NCBI RefSeq assembly: GCF_964194155.1
Contig: NC_135899.1
Span: 31,806,001 to 31,870,000, forward strand
Direction of reading: 5' to 3'
DNA: 64,000 nucleotides
DNA from: Cetorhinus maximus
Taxonomy: Eukaryota
The translations under genes were made by a program, and so were the position numbers. This document shows positions 51,128 through 63,045 of this stretch, one piece after another. The notes below the pieces were generated by a model that saw only the letters and a program-made list of their open reading frames with translations, did no database searches and was not told the origin of the DNA. How positions within the stretch are numbered: position 1 is the stretch's first letter; the number at the start of each line of letters is the position of its first letter.

Positions 51128-53405
51128 GTCGGGGGTGAGGGGGCAGGGGTACGGTAGAATTTGTCAACAGCATGCTACTCCCGATGGCGTAACCAGAAGT
51201 GTGTGGCATACATGGGAAACATGTGCGATTCAGCAGCAGGAGAAGCTTTTTGTGTCAATCTGTATCCAAGGGCTAGGCCGCAGCCACACGGGGAGCCCAA
51301 AGTCTCCACCTCTAGGCAGCATGCAATGTCACCTGCCTCATCAATCCCTGCCAACAGTTACTCCTTCCCAGCCTGCAGAAGGTCTGTGAGCAGATTCAGG
51401 AGCACAATCTGGTGAGCATACCACAGATACGTCCCAGCAGCTGAGGGAGGATGTGACTGCTAGGTCTCCAGATAATCGGAGGACTGCTGGGGATCGGGCC
51501 CCATACTGATGATGGCCTCTGGTTGTGACCACAAGGAGTCTGTAGCACATGCAGCAGAGGCTAGGGGAAAATATGGCGGAGTTGCCAGCAATTATGCGCA
51601 GCATTGCGTGGGATATGGAGGAATCCGCGCACATCATGAGTTCTGCCATGTCTCAGGCAGTTGAACACATGGCTTCATCCATGGAGAGGATGATGGCCAC
51701 CATGGAGAATCGGGTCCAGCATTCGATCCGTAAGTGCTCGAACCTGCATTCCATCGCTCTAGCCATGGGCTTAGTGCAGCAGTGGCTAGATGAGATGGGG
51801 ACGAGGCCCCTGGACCTCCCTCCAGGAGCCCCTTCCCCTCAGGGAGACGGGGAGTTCCCTTTGAGTACCCAGATGGAGGTGGAGCATGTGCCATCTGCCC
51901 CAGGACCTTCCTCTCAGGACACCCCCAGGATTAACAGTGTCTCCTCATCCCCTACACCATTGACCCCAATAGCCCCAGCAAGTGATACCGAGGGGGACGC
52001 CTCTGCACCAGTGCAGGAAACCCCCCAGTAGGCTGGGGCTCTTAAGGACATACACCTCCAGAGAAATCCCACCATGGTCATCCAAGGCAAGGGGGCATCA
52101 TACTGAGCAGACTGCCTCCACCTCAGCTGCTGGTATTGGGGTTTCACCCAGTCGTAGTGGTAGGGTAAGAGAAGTTGAAAAAGTGGCACTAGTGATTTAT
52201 CTATGTACTTATCACTTACACACAATATCCACCAAATCAGTGTGGCTGTATGTCCTGATAAACAATCTGACATACCCAGTGACTGTTTCCTGGGACACCC
52301 TCAGACACCTCTGGCATTATCTCTCAGACATCTGGAGGCAATTGGTTCTTGCCCTCTGGGTGGGTTGATGTGCCAGATGTCAATCTTTGCCGGTGCCTTC
52401 CCTGGATGTCATTTATGTTGGCGTTCATCAACATTGTGAAGTGTTGGTCCGTGTCATAGTTGCACATGTCACGGACATGGCACACCCCATATTTGTCACA
52501 ATGTGATGGTTGCAGAAGAGATAGGGACGTAGACATTATTCATGAATGAGATGTGTTGCATTTTCATGCGTTCTTGATTGATTGTTCATGTCACATGTTA
52601 CTTATGTGATGATCATTCTGTGGAACATGGCTTAAAAGCAGACATAGATGCCCCTTTCCTTCTATGCACTCTGCAGAGTATTAGACCACTTTACTCTCAG
52701 GGGCTATAAATGAAACCGGTACAGTTGCAAACAAAGTACTTTATCATTGGTACGGGATCAAAATAATTGGACAAGGCAGGCTTATACATGGTTGTCCATG
52801 TACTCCTAAGATGTCTTTGGTACCATCACTCACTAACAAATGTTTGTGACAAAGCTCCATTTCCTATCCTATCTTAGGTGGTAGAGATGCAGGTTTACAG
52901 TTAACTTCGCGAGGGAGGAAGACAAGGCTACGTCTACACCCCAGGAAGGTGATGGAATTCAGACGATGGAGCAATGGTCATGCAGATGTGTTATTGTTGG
53001 GTGAACTTTGTGTAGATCAGGTTGTCCCTGGCGTCCCTTGTACATCTCTCCATGGCCCTGGCATCTGTGAAAGGCTCCTTTGGATTATGGTCCCCTGCTC
53101 CCATTCCGACAAAACCTTGTCATCTGAGGAGGGTTGATGTTCCTCACACTCTTCTCCTTGCAACATCTGTCTGCATTGCAGCACCAGGTTGTGTAGTGCA
53201 CAACAGATCACTACTATTCATCACACCCTCGGGGTGTGTATTGCAGAGCACCTCCAGACCGATCAAGGTAGCGGAAGTGCATATTAAGAAGTCCAATGGT
53301 GTGCTTTATGATGGCTCTGCTGACAGCGTGAGCTTGGTTGTAACGCTTTTCCGTCTCACTCTGGGGATGCCTCACTGGAATCACTAGCCATGTCTGCAGG
53401 GGATA
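51128..53405. mobile_element. Harbinger transposon remnant: probable second (DNA-binding) gene on plus and transposase C-terminus on minus
   Basis: Minus 53017-53405: YPLQTWLVIP..EKRYNQAHAVSRAIIKHTIGLL..FRYLDRSGGALQYTP..CCALHN; plus ORF 51549..52031 is low-complexity coiled-coil text (assignment to the second gene is inference). Confidence 0.7.
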
Positions 53406-53810
53406 ATGTATTTGTATTTGTTTGTGTGTGTGTGAGAGCTGTGTGTGTATTTGTGTGTGTGTGTGAGTGAGCTGTGTGTGTATTTGTGTCCTTGTGTGAG
53501 CTGTGTTTGTATTTGTTTCTGTGTGTGTGAGCTGTGTGTATGTCTGGCTGAGCTGTGTGTGTATTTCTTTCTGTGAGAGCTGTGTTTGTATATGTGTTTG
53601 TGTGCGTGTGTATTTGCGTGCATATGCGTATTTGTGTGTGTGTGTGTATGAGCTGTTTTTGTATTTGTTTCTGTGTCTATTTGTTTCTGTGTGCATGTGT
53701 CTGTATTTGTTTCTCTGTGAGTTGTGTGTGTGTGGTTGAGCTGTGTGTGTATTTGTTTCTGTGTGAGAACTGTGTTTGTATTTGTGTGTGTGTGTGTGAG
53801 AGAGAGAGAG
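53405..53810. repeat. TG-rich simple/tandem repeat
   Basis: Recurrent gagctgtgtgtgtatttgt units. Confidence 0.9.
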
Positions 53811-53968
53811 TTAAAGTAAAGGGGTGTCTAACTATATTGTAGTATAAACCAAGCCTGTCCAGAGCCAGATTAACAATCCCAGGGGAAGTGGGACCAGTGT
53901 CAATGTGTTTACTGTGATATGTTCCCTTTACACTGGACCTGCTGGTTGAGGCCTGTTCAAAACTCTGA

Positions 53969-54305
53969 GGGCTGAATTTTACACGGATGGGACATATTAC
54001 TCACCATCTCGGAATAAATATCAGACGCCAGCCGACACATGACCACCCTGCAGCAATAACGCACTGCGCCAAAGGATGGGGGTGCCCAGGGTGATGGGTG
54101 TGGTTATCGCTGCCCCCGATGTGCAGAGAGCACCTCTCAAAGGCTGTACTCTGGGCCCTCCTTTCCCACCTTTTAAATATCTTGCCAAACAAAAACAGCA
54201 TGCCTATTCCCATCTGCCTGCCCATGCCAATCATTTTATCAGCATGAGCAGCGTATTGTCTGGGTCAGTCAGCTTGATAACAAACTCAATTATAAAATCC
54301 AGCCC
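53969..54305. mobile_element. Harbinger-type MITE directly upstream of the MHC promoter
   Basis: TIR GGGCTGAATTTTA / TAAAATCCAGCCC (1 mismatch); flanks TGA/TTA. Confidence 0.7.
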
Positions 54306-54307
54306 TT

Positions 54308-54539
54308 AGTTTCTGTTTCCCAACCTGAACTTGAGTTTGAACTTCCTGGTATCTAACAGCTAACAACTGTTTAATTGGTTATTTCTCTGAAACAAAGCAA
54401 TGATTCACCATCTGGATCTGTATTTTGAGTTCCGGAAAAGACCAAATTTCGAAATAAGGAATAATGGAGTCTCAGTGGAGCTGTTTTTTTTTTGTTTTCT
54501 TCCGCTCCTCAGAGTGTTTCATTCCCAGTCCCTGATTGG
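54308..54539 (+). promoter_or_regulatory. MHC class I promoter elements: ISRE and Y-box
   Basis: AGTTTCTGTTTCC (54308-54320) fits ISRE AGTTTCNNTTTCY; CTGATTGG (54532-54539) lies 23 nt upstream of the ATG. Confidence 0.6.
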
Positions 54540-54562
54540 AACAGGGACAGTGAATTCCCAGA

Positions 54563-54614
54563 ATGTTGCTGATCCTTTTCTCCATCTCCCTGTGTATTTC
54601 CTGGGTTTCTCCCG
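54563..54614 (+). CDS. MHC class I-like gene exon 1 (signal peptide MLLILFSISLCISWVSP)
   Basis: ATG, 17 hydrophobic codons + G, phase-1 donor GTAAGT; splices in frame to 60011. Confidence 0.8.
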
Positions 54615-54849
54615 GTAAGTACAGAATTCAGCCCTCCGTTCTCACTCTCGCTATCTCTCTCTCTCTTTCTCTCTCACACACGCACACACTTCTCTAGCTG
54701 GAAATTTCTTAGCATTTTATGGAAGTGAAAGTGTCAGTGTCTGTCGGGGATGTGCGTCAAGATATTATACTGACAGGGGGATTTACTGACCTTTGAGTCT
54801 GTCTCACACATTGTGTGTATGTGCGTGTTTGCATTTACATATCCCTTTT

Positions 54850-55265
54850 TCTCTGCTTCTGCATCTGTCTCTCTCAATCTCTGTCTCCTCTGGATCTCTT
54901 CCTCTCTCTTTCTTCCCTCTTTCTTCCCTCTCTCTTTCTTCCCTCTGTCTCTCTCTCTCTGCAACTCTTTTTGTCTGTCTCACTGTCTCTCTTTCTGTCC
55001 CTGTGTCCTCTTTTTCTGTCTCTGTCTGTCTCCCTCTCTCCCTGTTTTTTTTCTTTCTCTGATCTATCTCTCTCTCACCCTATCCCTCGCGCTGCTTGTC
55101 TCTCTCTCTCTCTCCCAGACTCTCTTTTTCATCATTGTTTCGGATTCTCTGTCTCTCTCTCTCTCTGCTTCTGTCTCTATTCTTATCTGTGATTGTGTCT
55201 CTCTCTCTCTCTATGTCGCTGTCTCTTTCTGCCTGTCTCTCTCTCTGCACCTGTCACTGTCTCTC
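54850..55265. repeat. CT-rich low-complexity tract
   Basis: (CT)/(TCTG) degenerate repeat. Confidence 0.9.
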
Positions 55266-55379
55266 TGAAATTTTACTAGAATTGGAGGCAAACAGCTGTT
55301 TCTTTCTCTCAATCTTTGTTGCCCACAAGATTTAAAGTGAGTTGTTGGTTTCTGAGTCCCGGTTATGTTCGATCTGAAA

Positions 55380-55585
55380 GACCTGGAAATATATTCCCGT
55401 TCCTTCACAGTCGCTGGGTCAAAATCCTGGAACTCCCTCCCTAACAGCACTGTGGGTGTACCTACACCACATGGACTGCAGCGGTTCAAGAAGGCAGCTC
55501 AGCACCACCTTCTGAAGGGCAATTAGGGATGGGCAATAAATGCTGGCCCAGCCAGCAATGCCCACATTCCGTGAATGAATAAACA
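55380..55585 (+). mobile_element. 3' tail fragment of the tRNA-headed LINE family
   Basis: Matches ~59298-59500. Confidence 0.8.
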
Positions 55586-56173
55586 GCTTCCAGAAACATT
55601 CTCTTTTCCAGAAGGGCAATTTTTGGTGTCTCCTTAGCTCTTGTCACTGTGAAGATTCACTGGGCTAGTCCTTCCAATCTCCAGATCGTCAGAGATGGGA
55701 TGTAAGCTGGGGGATGCTTGTCAAGATCCTGTGGAATTCCTAATGCACAGATGTGCGTTATATTTGCCCGGGAAGTTTAAACTTCTGATGAGCTAGTTCC
55801 CGCTGCCTGGGCCCTCTGCGAATGTTTGCAACACAAAACTCAGTGTCAGGGCCTTGGGCCAGATACCTGGGACTTACCTGGACACTTGTCCAGGAAATGT
55901 TAGACTGTTGGATGCCTGATCTAACCCCGTGATTTGTTTACGGAACTCAGCTGAGCACCACGACCAACCCCTCCCTCAGTCACCCCCACCAACCACCCGA
56001 CTTCTCCCCAGACACAACTTGACTACCTCCCAACTGCCCGATTACCTTCCAACTATCTGAAAGCCCCCCAAGCAGCTGACTAACCCCCACCTGACCGCAC
56101 CAAGCCACCTGATTACCTCCCCCCCACAACTCAACCCAACTACCTTTCCCAAGCCGACTACCCACTCACACTG

Positions 56174-59100
56174 GGAGAGGCGGTGGTGTAGTGGTAATGT
56201 TGCTGGGCTAATAATCCAGGGACCCTGGGTAATGCCCTGGGGACCTGAGTTCGAATCCCATCACGGCAGATGGTGAAATTTAAATTCGATAAAAATCTGG
56301 AATTAAAAGTCTAATGATGACCATCAAACCATTGTCGAGTGTTGTAAAGACCCATCTGGTTCACTAATCTCGTTTAAGGAAAGAAATCTTCCATTCTTAC
56401 CTGCTCTGGCCTATGTGTGACTCCAGACCAAAGTAATTTGGTTGACTCTTTAATGCCCTCTGAAATGGCCTAGCAAGCCACTCAGTTACTGCTAAAAAGT
56501 CTCAAAGGAATGAAACTGGACGGATCACCCGGCATGAACCTAGGCGCCGTAAATGACAATGTCAAACTCAGCCATGTCGATCCTGCAAAGTCCTCCTTAC
56601 TAACATCCGGGGGCTTGTGGCAAAATTGGGAGAACTGTCCCACAGACTAATCAAGCAACAGCCTGACATAGTCATACTCATGGAATCATACCTTACAGAC
56701 CATGTCCCAGTCACACCATCACCATCCCTGGGTATGTCCTGACCCACCGGCAGGACAGATCCAGCAGAGATGGCAGCGCAGTGGTATACAGTCAGGAGGG
56801 AGTTGCCCTGGGAGTCCTCAACATCGACTCAGGACCCCATGAAGTCTCATGGTATCAGGTCAAACATGGACAAGGAAACCTCCTGCTGATTACCACGTAC
56901 TGCCCTCCCTCAGCTGATGAATCAGTGCTATTCCATGTTGAACACCACTTGGAGGAAGCACTGAGGGTGGCAAGGGCACAGAATGTACTCTGGGTGGTGG
57001 ACTTCAATGTCTATCACCACTACTGACCAGGCTGGCCGAGTCCTAAAGGAGTCTGAGGCTCTGAAGAAGAGTTGTATGGACTCGCAACATTAACTCTGTT
57101 TTTTTTCTCTCCACAGATGCTGTTAGGCCTGCTGAGTTTTTCCAGCATTTTCTGTTTTTGATCCGAAATGACATAGCTGCTAGAATGGGTCTGTGGCAGG
57201 TGGTGAGGGAACCAACAAGAGAAAGGGACATACTTGACCTCATCCTAACCAATCTGCCTGCCGCAGGTGCATCTCTCCATGACAGTATCGGTAGGAGTGA
57301 CCACCGCACAGTCCTTGTGGAGACGAAGTCCCGCCTTCACATTGAGGAGACCCTTCATCGTGTGATGTTTTACTACCACTGTGCTAAGTGAGATAGATTT
57401 CGAACAGATCTGGCAATTCAAGACCGGGCAACCATGAGGCACTATGGGCTATTAGCAGCAGTAGAATTGCACTCCACCACGATCTGTAACCTAAGGCCTG
57501 GCATATCCCCCACTCTACCATTACCACCAAGCCAGGGGTCAACCCTGGCTCAATGAAGAGTGAAGGAGGGCATGTTAGGAGCAGCACCAGGCATACCTAA
57601 AAATGGTGAAGCTACAATGCAAGACTACCTGCACACCAAACAGCAGAAGGAGCAAGTGATAGTCAGAGTTAAGTGATTCCACAACCAAGCTCTGCAGTCC
57701 TATCACATCCAGCCATTAATGGTGGTGGACAATTATACAACTCACTGGAGGAGGAGGCTCCACGAGTATCCCCATCCTCAGTGATGGGGGAGCCAGCACA
57801 TCAGTGCAAAAGACAAGGTTGAATCATTTGCTACAACCTTCAGCCAGAAATGCCAAGTGGATGGTCCATTTTGGCCTTCTCCGGAGGTCCCCAGGATCAC
57901 AGATGCCAGTTTTCAACCAATTTGATTAAGTCCATGTGATATCAAGAAACAGCTGAAGACACTGGATACTGCAAAGGTTATGGGCACTCACAATATTCCA
58001 GCAATGGCACTGAAGATTTGTGCTCCTGAACTTGCCGCACCCCTAGCCAAGCTGTTCCAGTACAGCTACAACACTGGCATCTACCCAGCAATATGGAAAA
58101 TTACCCAGGCATGTACTGTATACGAAACCTAACCTGGCCAATTACCGCCCCATCAGTCCACCTTTGACCATCAGTAAAGTGATGAAAGGGGTCATCAATA
58201 GTGCTATCAAGCAGCATCTGCTTAGCAATAACCTACTCACTAATGCTTGGTTTGGCTTCCGCCAGGGCCACTCAGCACCTGACCTCATTACAGCCTTGGT
58301 TCAAACATGGACAAAAGTGTTAAACCCCAGAGGTGAGGTGAGAGTGACTGCCCTTGACATCAAGGCTACATTTCACTGAGTGTGGCACCAAGGAGCCCTA
58401 GCAAAACTGGAGTCAATGGGAATCAGGGGGAAAACTCTCCACTGGTTGGAGTCATACCTAGCACAAAGGAAGATGGTTGTGATTGTTGGAAGTCAGTCAT
58501 CTCAGCTCCAGGACATCACTGCAGGAGTTCCTCAGGGCAGTGTCCGAGGCCCAACCATCTTCAGCTGCTTCATCAATGACATTCCTTCCATCATAAGATC
58601 AGAAGTGGGGATGTTCGCTGATGATTGCACAATGTTCAGAACCATTCATTACTCCTCAGATACTGAAGCAGTCCATGTCCAAATGCAGCAAGACCTGGAC
58701 AACATCCAAGCTTGGGCTGACAAGTGGCAAGTAACATTTGCACCATATAAGTGCCAGGCAATGACCATCTCCAACAAAAGAGAATGTAACCATTGCTCCT
58801 TGACATTCAGTGGCATTACCATTGCTGAATCCTCCACTATCAACATCCTGGGGGTTTCTATTGACCAGAAACTGAACTGGACTACCCTTATAAATACTGT
58901 GGCTACAAGAGCAGGTCAGAGGCTAGGAATCCTGCAGCGAGTAACTCACCACCTGACTCCCCAAAGCCTGTCCACCATCTGCAAGGTAGGAGTGCGATGA
59001 AATACTCCCCACTTGCCTGGATGAGTGCAGCTCCAACAGCTTGGAAGAAGCTTGACACCATCCAGGATAAAGCAGCCTGCTTGATTGGCACCCCATCCAC

Positions 59101-59505
59101 AAACATCCACACCCTCCACCACCGACGCACAGGAGCAACAGTTTGTATCATCTATAAGATGCACTGCAGGAATTCACAAAGGCTCCTAAGACAGCACCTT
59201 CCAAACCCATGACCACTGCCATCTAGAAGGACAAGGGCAGCAGATAGTTGGGAACACCACCACCTGGAAGTTCCTCTCCAAGTCACACGCTATCCTGACT
59301 TGGAAATATATCGCTGTTCTTTCACTGTCACTGGGCTAAAGCCCTGGAATTCCCTCCCTAACTGCACTGTGGGTGTACCCACACCACATGGACTGCAGCG
59401 GTTCAAGAAGGCAGCTCACCACCACCACCTCAAGGGCAATTAGGGATGGGAAATAAATGCTGGTCTGGCCAGCGATGCCCACATCCTGTGAATGAATAAA
59501 GAAAA
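56174..59505 (+). mobile_element. Near-full-length CR1-group LINE (APE + RT, no ORF1 seen) with tRNA-derived 5' head, decayed
   Basis: A box ggtgtagtggt, B box gttcgaatccc; EN LTNIRGL..QPDIVILMESYL..DFN..LDLILTN..SDH; RT FGFRQGHSAPD..LDIKA..GVPQGSV.GP..FADD; LINE tail. Confidence 0.85.
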
Positions 59506-60010
59506 CTCCTCTCATTCTCTCACCTATTCACTCACTCACCCATTTACTAACTCACTGACTTACTGAAAGATGTTGACCTTTAATAAGTTACCTGAATATG
59601 CAGCTACTGTTATGCAAAGGGGACGTGTCGTCCTTTCTACCATATCTTCATAAAACCGATGATCTTCGCTGGGTTGTCTCTGACCCTTCGATGCTTCAAC
59701 TGAGATCAAATGATATGGTTGCAAAATTGTAAAAAGGTTGGGTCACAGAAATCTTTGGCAGCGTCAATGCAATCAGCATCAACCTGGATGACCTGGGGCA
59801 CTGTCTTCAGTACTGGTTTCAGCTACTTTTTGAGATATGGTAGATAGTTCCTGGTGCGAATGCACTATCTGGCTTTATTTCATAATTTCTGTCATTGATA
59901 TGATTTAGGGGATTACTGGAGATTGTCACTATATGAGTGGGATTCACTGGAGCAGGTGGTTGTGTTTGTTAATGGCTATTAACTTGCCCCTTGAATTATT
60001 TGTTTTACAG

Positions 60011-60271
60011 ATAGTAATGCCTTTACTGTAATGTATTTGGCCACCTCTGGTACTACTGATTTACCTGAGTATGTTGGTGTGGGAATGATTAATGGAGTTC
60101 CAGTAGCCTATTATGACAGTAGTACCCACCAGATTGTCTCCCGACAACAGTGGATGGCAGACTCTTTTGATGCAGAGTACTGGGAATATCTCACAAATCG
60201 AGGCAGTAAACACTGTGCCATTGCAAAGGAGAATCTGAAGATGATAATGAAGAATACGAACCAGACGTCCG
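60011..60271 (+). CDS. MHC class I-like gene exon 2 (alpha-1 domain), probably non-classical
   Basis: tttacag| acceptor, |gtaag donor, 261 nt, phase 1-1; DSNAFTVMYLATSG..LPEYVGVGMING..YYDS..RQQWM..DAEYW..NTNQTS with the N86 glycan site. Confidence 0.9.
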
Positions 60272-60329
60272 GTAAGAACAGCGATGCACAATCTCCCATT
60301 TGTCCTTTTACCTCCTGTCTCCTCACCAT

Positions 60330-60548
60330 CTAAGTTTGAATCTTTGGAACTCTCTTCCTCAAAAGGCGGTGGAGGCAGAGTCTTTAAACATTTTTTGAGG
60401 TGGTTAGATCCTTGATAAGCAAGGAGGTGAAAGGTTATCAGGGATCGGCGGGAATGTGGAGTTGAGGTTACAATCAGTTCAGCCATGGTGCTGTTGAATA
60501 GTGGAGGAGACTCGAAGGGCCGAATGGCCTACTCTTGCTCCTAATATG
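60330..60548 (+). mobile_element. CR1 3' end
   Basis: ctttggaactctcttcctcaaaaggcggtgg..aagggccgaatggcctactc. Confidence 0.75.
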
Positions 60549-60550
60549 TT

Positions 60551-62660
60551 GGCCCCAAACACTCCTTCCAAGCGATACAGTGAATTACACGTACTTCTTT
60601 CAATTTAGTATACTTTATTCACTGCACACAATGTGGTCTTCTGTACACTGGGGAGACCAAACACAGACTGGGAGGCCACTTTTCAGGCCACCTCTGTTCT
60701 GTCCACAAGTGTAACCCTGAGCTTCCTGTCACTGTCATTGTTAATTCTCCACCTTGCTCCCACTCTGACCCTTCTGCCCTTGGCCTGCTACAGTGTTCCA
60801 GTGAATTTCAACATAAGCTCGAGGAACAGCACCTCACCTTTCGATTATGCTCTTTACAGCCTTCTGAATCCACGTAGAGTTCAGCAATTTCAGTCTGTAA
60901 TCTCTGCTCCCATTTTTTTTTCTCCTCAAGTTTCATTTTTGCTCGCGTTTTCCTCTTTTTTTTGCTCTTTTTTTGCCTTCAACAGCTTCATTCTTCCAAT
61001 CAAACTGCCTATAGGTTAATGTCAGTGGTAGGAACAACTCTGGAATCCTTACTAGAAAAGATAAATACAACAATGAATAGTCAGCATGGATTTCCAAAGG
61101 GAAAACCTTGCTTGACTAACATTATTGATCATTTCGAGGAGGTCGCAGAAGGAGTGGACAATGATAATGCATCAGAGATTTTTTTTCTGGATTTTCAAAA
61201 GGCCTTTGATAAGGTGCCCTGTAATAGATTAATGAATAAGGTCAGAGAATGTGGAGTCAGGGGACAAGTGGCAGAATGGATTGCTAGCTCTTCAAGGCTG
61301 AAAGCAGAAAGTGGAATAAAGGGCAGGAATAAATTCAGAGTGGCAGAAGGTGGGAAGTGGTGTTCCACAAGGATCAGTGCTGGGACAGTTGCCATTCACA
61401 ATTTACATTAAAGATTTGAACTTTGGAAACAAAAACACAATTTCAAAAATTACAGATGACACCAAATTGTGGGGGAGGTGGGATGAGGGAATCAATACTG
61501 AGGACTGCAACAAATTACAGGAGGTCATCAATAAACTTGCAGAATGGGCAAATAACTGGCAAATGAAGTTCAGTACAGATAAATGTGAGGTAATACATTT
61601 TGGTAGGAATAGGGAAATAACCTATTACTCGGAAGGTGAGAGTCTAGGTTGGGGGCAACAACAAAGGGATGAGAGTACAAATACATTAATCATTAAAAGT
61701 TGCGCCACAGGATATAATAAAAAAGCAATCCAAGCACTAGGCTTTATTTCTACAGAGATCGAATTGCAAATAGGGAAGTTATGCTATACCCTTATCGAAC
61801 CTTGGTTAGACCACGCTTAGAGTACTGTGTGCAGTTCTGGTTGCCATATTACAAAAACGATAAAGAGCACTGGGGCATTTGGAGAGAGGGCACAGAGGAT
61901 TTACAAGGATAAAAGCAGAAATTTGTGAGTATACAGATCAGAAAAGGATTGACAGGCTATGTCTCTTTTCCCTTGCAAAAAGAAGGCTGATGGGTGACTT
62001 AATAGAGATGTTTAAAATTGTGAAAGGTTTTGATAGAGTGGACACAGAGAGAAGGTTTCCTCTTGTGGAGAACAGCATAATTAGAGGCCATCAATTTAAG
62101 GTAGACACCAAGGGATCCTACAGGGATCACCCAAAGAGTGGAGAGAATGTGGAACTCAGTACCACAAGGAGGTAACCACCCTTTATTCCCACCCTCTGCT
62201 TTCTGGTTGAAGCGAATAGTATAGATGCATTTGAGGGGAAGCTAGACAAGTATATGATGGAGAAGGGAACACAGAATTATAGTGATAGATTTAGATGAGG
62301 AAAGATAGGGATAGAGGCTTAAGTGGAGTATAAAAACCATCATGGACTGGTTGGGCCTGTTCTGTGCCATAAATCCTACGTAGTCCTTCACAAACACATC
62401 TTTTGTTTCTTTATTTGCCCTTTGGCTCAGCAACACCAACTCTTTTGTCACTTAACCTCTCCTGTCTTCCAACCTATCATTGATCTCTTTTGTTCCTTTC
62501 ATACTCTTCCCCCAACCCCCCTTTCAGTTGCTCAAAACCAATTACTTTTCCCAGTCTGATGAAAGGTCACCAACCTGCAACTATTTCTCTCTCCGTGGAT
62601 GCTGGCTGACCTGTGTTTTTTTTTTATATATCTTCCAATGATTGCTCCGTTTGATGATAT
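60551..62660 (+). mobile_element. Penelope-like element remnant (GIY-YIG endonuclease + 3' terminus), split by a CR1
   Basis: NLVYFIHCTQCGLLYTGETKHRLGGHFSGHL at ~60600-60700; terminus with hammerhead-like core at 62556. Confidence 0.75.
61010..62385 (+). mobile_element. CR1 LINE RT and 3' end
   Basis: SQHGFPKGKPCLTN..LDFQKAFDKVP..SGVPQGSVLG..DDTKL. Confidence 0.9.
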
Positions 62661-62764
62661 CCAGCCAGAGTTGTATTGCGGTCTGTGACACTGGGATGTA
62701 CAATATTTGGGCCACCCTGGCAACACCTATTATACAGGTATCTTGACATCTAAAAGGCAGGCTA

Positions 62765-63045
62765 ATTCCACATTTTTTAATGCTTTCATGAGATGTGAGC
62801 GTTGCTGACAAGGCCAGCATTTGTTGCCCATCTCTAATTGCCATTGAATTGGTTGGCTTGCTAGGCCATTTCAGTGGGCTGTTAAGAGTCACAACCACAT
62901 TACTGTGTATCTAGAGTCACAGTAGGCCAGACCAGGTAAGGTAAGGATGACAGATTTCCTTCCTAAAGGATATTAGTAAACCAGATGTGTTTCATGGTTT
63001 CAATACTGAGACCAGGTTTATATTCCAGATTTTATTAATTGAATT
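62765..63045 (-). mobile_element. tRNA-head SINE family member, 3' part
   Basis: Reverse complement of the SINE body and tail seen at 37905-38295. Confidence 0.7.

Noticed and set aside
54352-54372. RFX X1-box-like gctaacaactg in the MHC promoter
   Set aside because: Mismatched and about 160 bp from the Y-box, inconsistent with the fixed SXY spacing
54793-55335. Hydrophobic Leu/Ser ORFs resembling membrane proteins
   Set aside because: CT low-complexity tract in MHC intron 1
60031-60333. 100-aa ORF as a standalone gene
   Set aside because: It is an internal exon (60011-60271); residues after NQTSG are intron read-through
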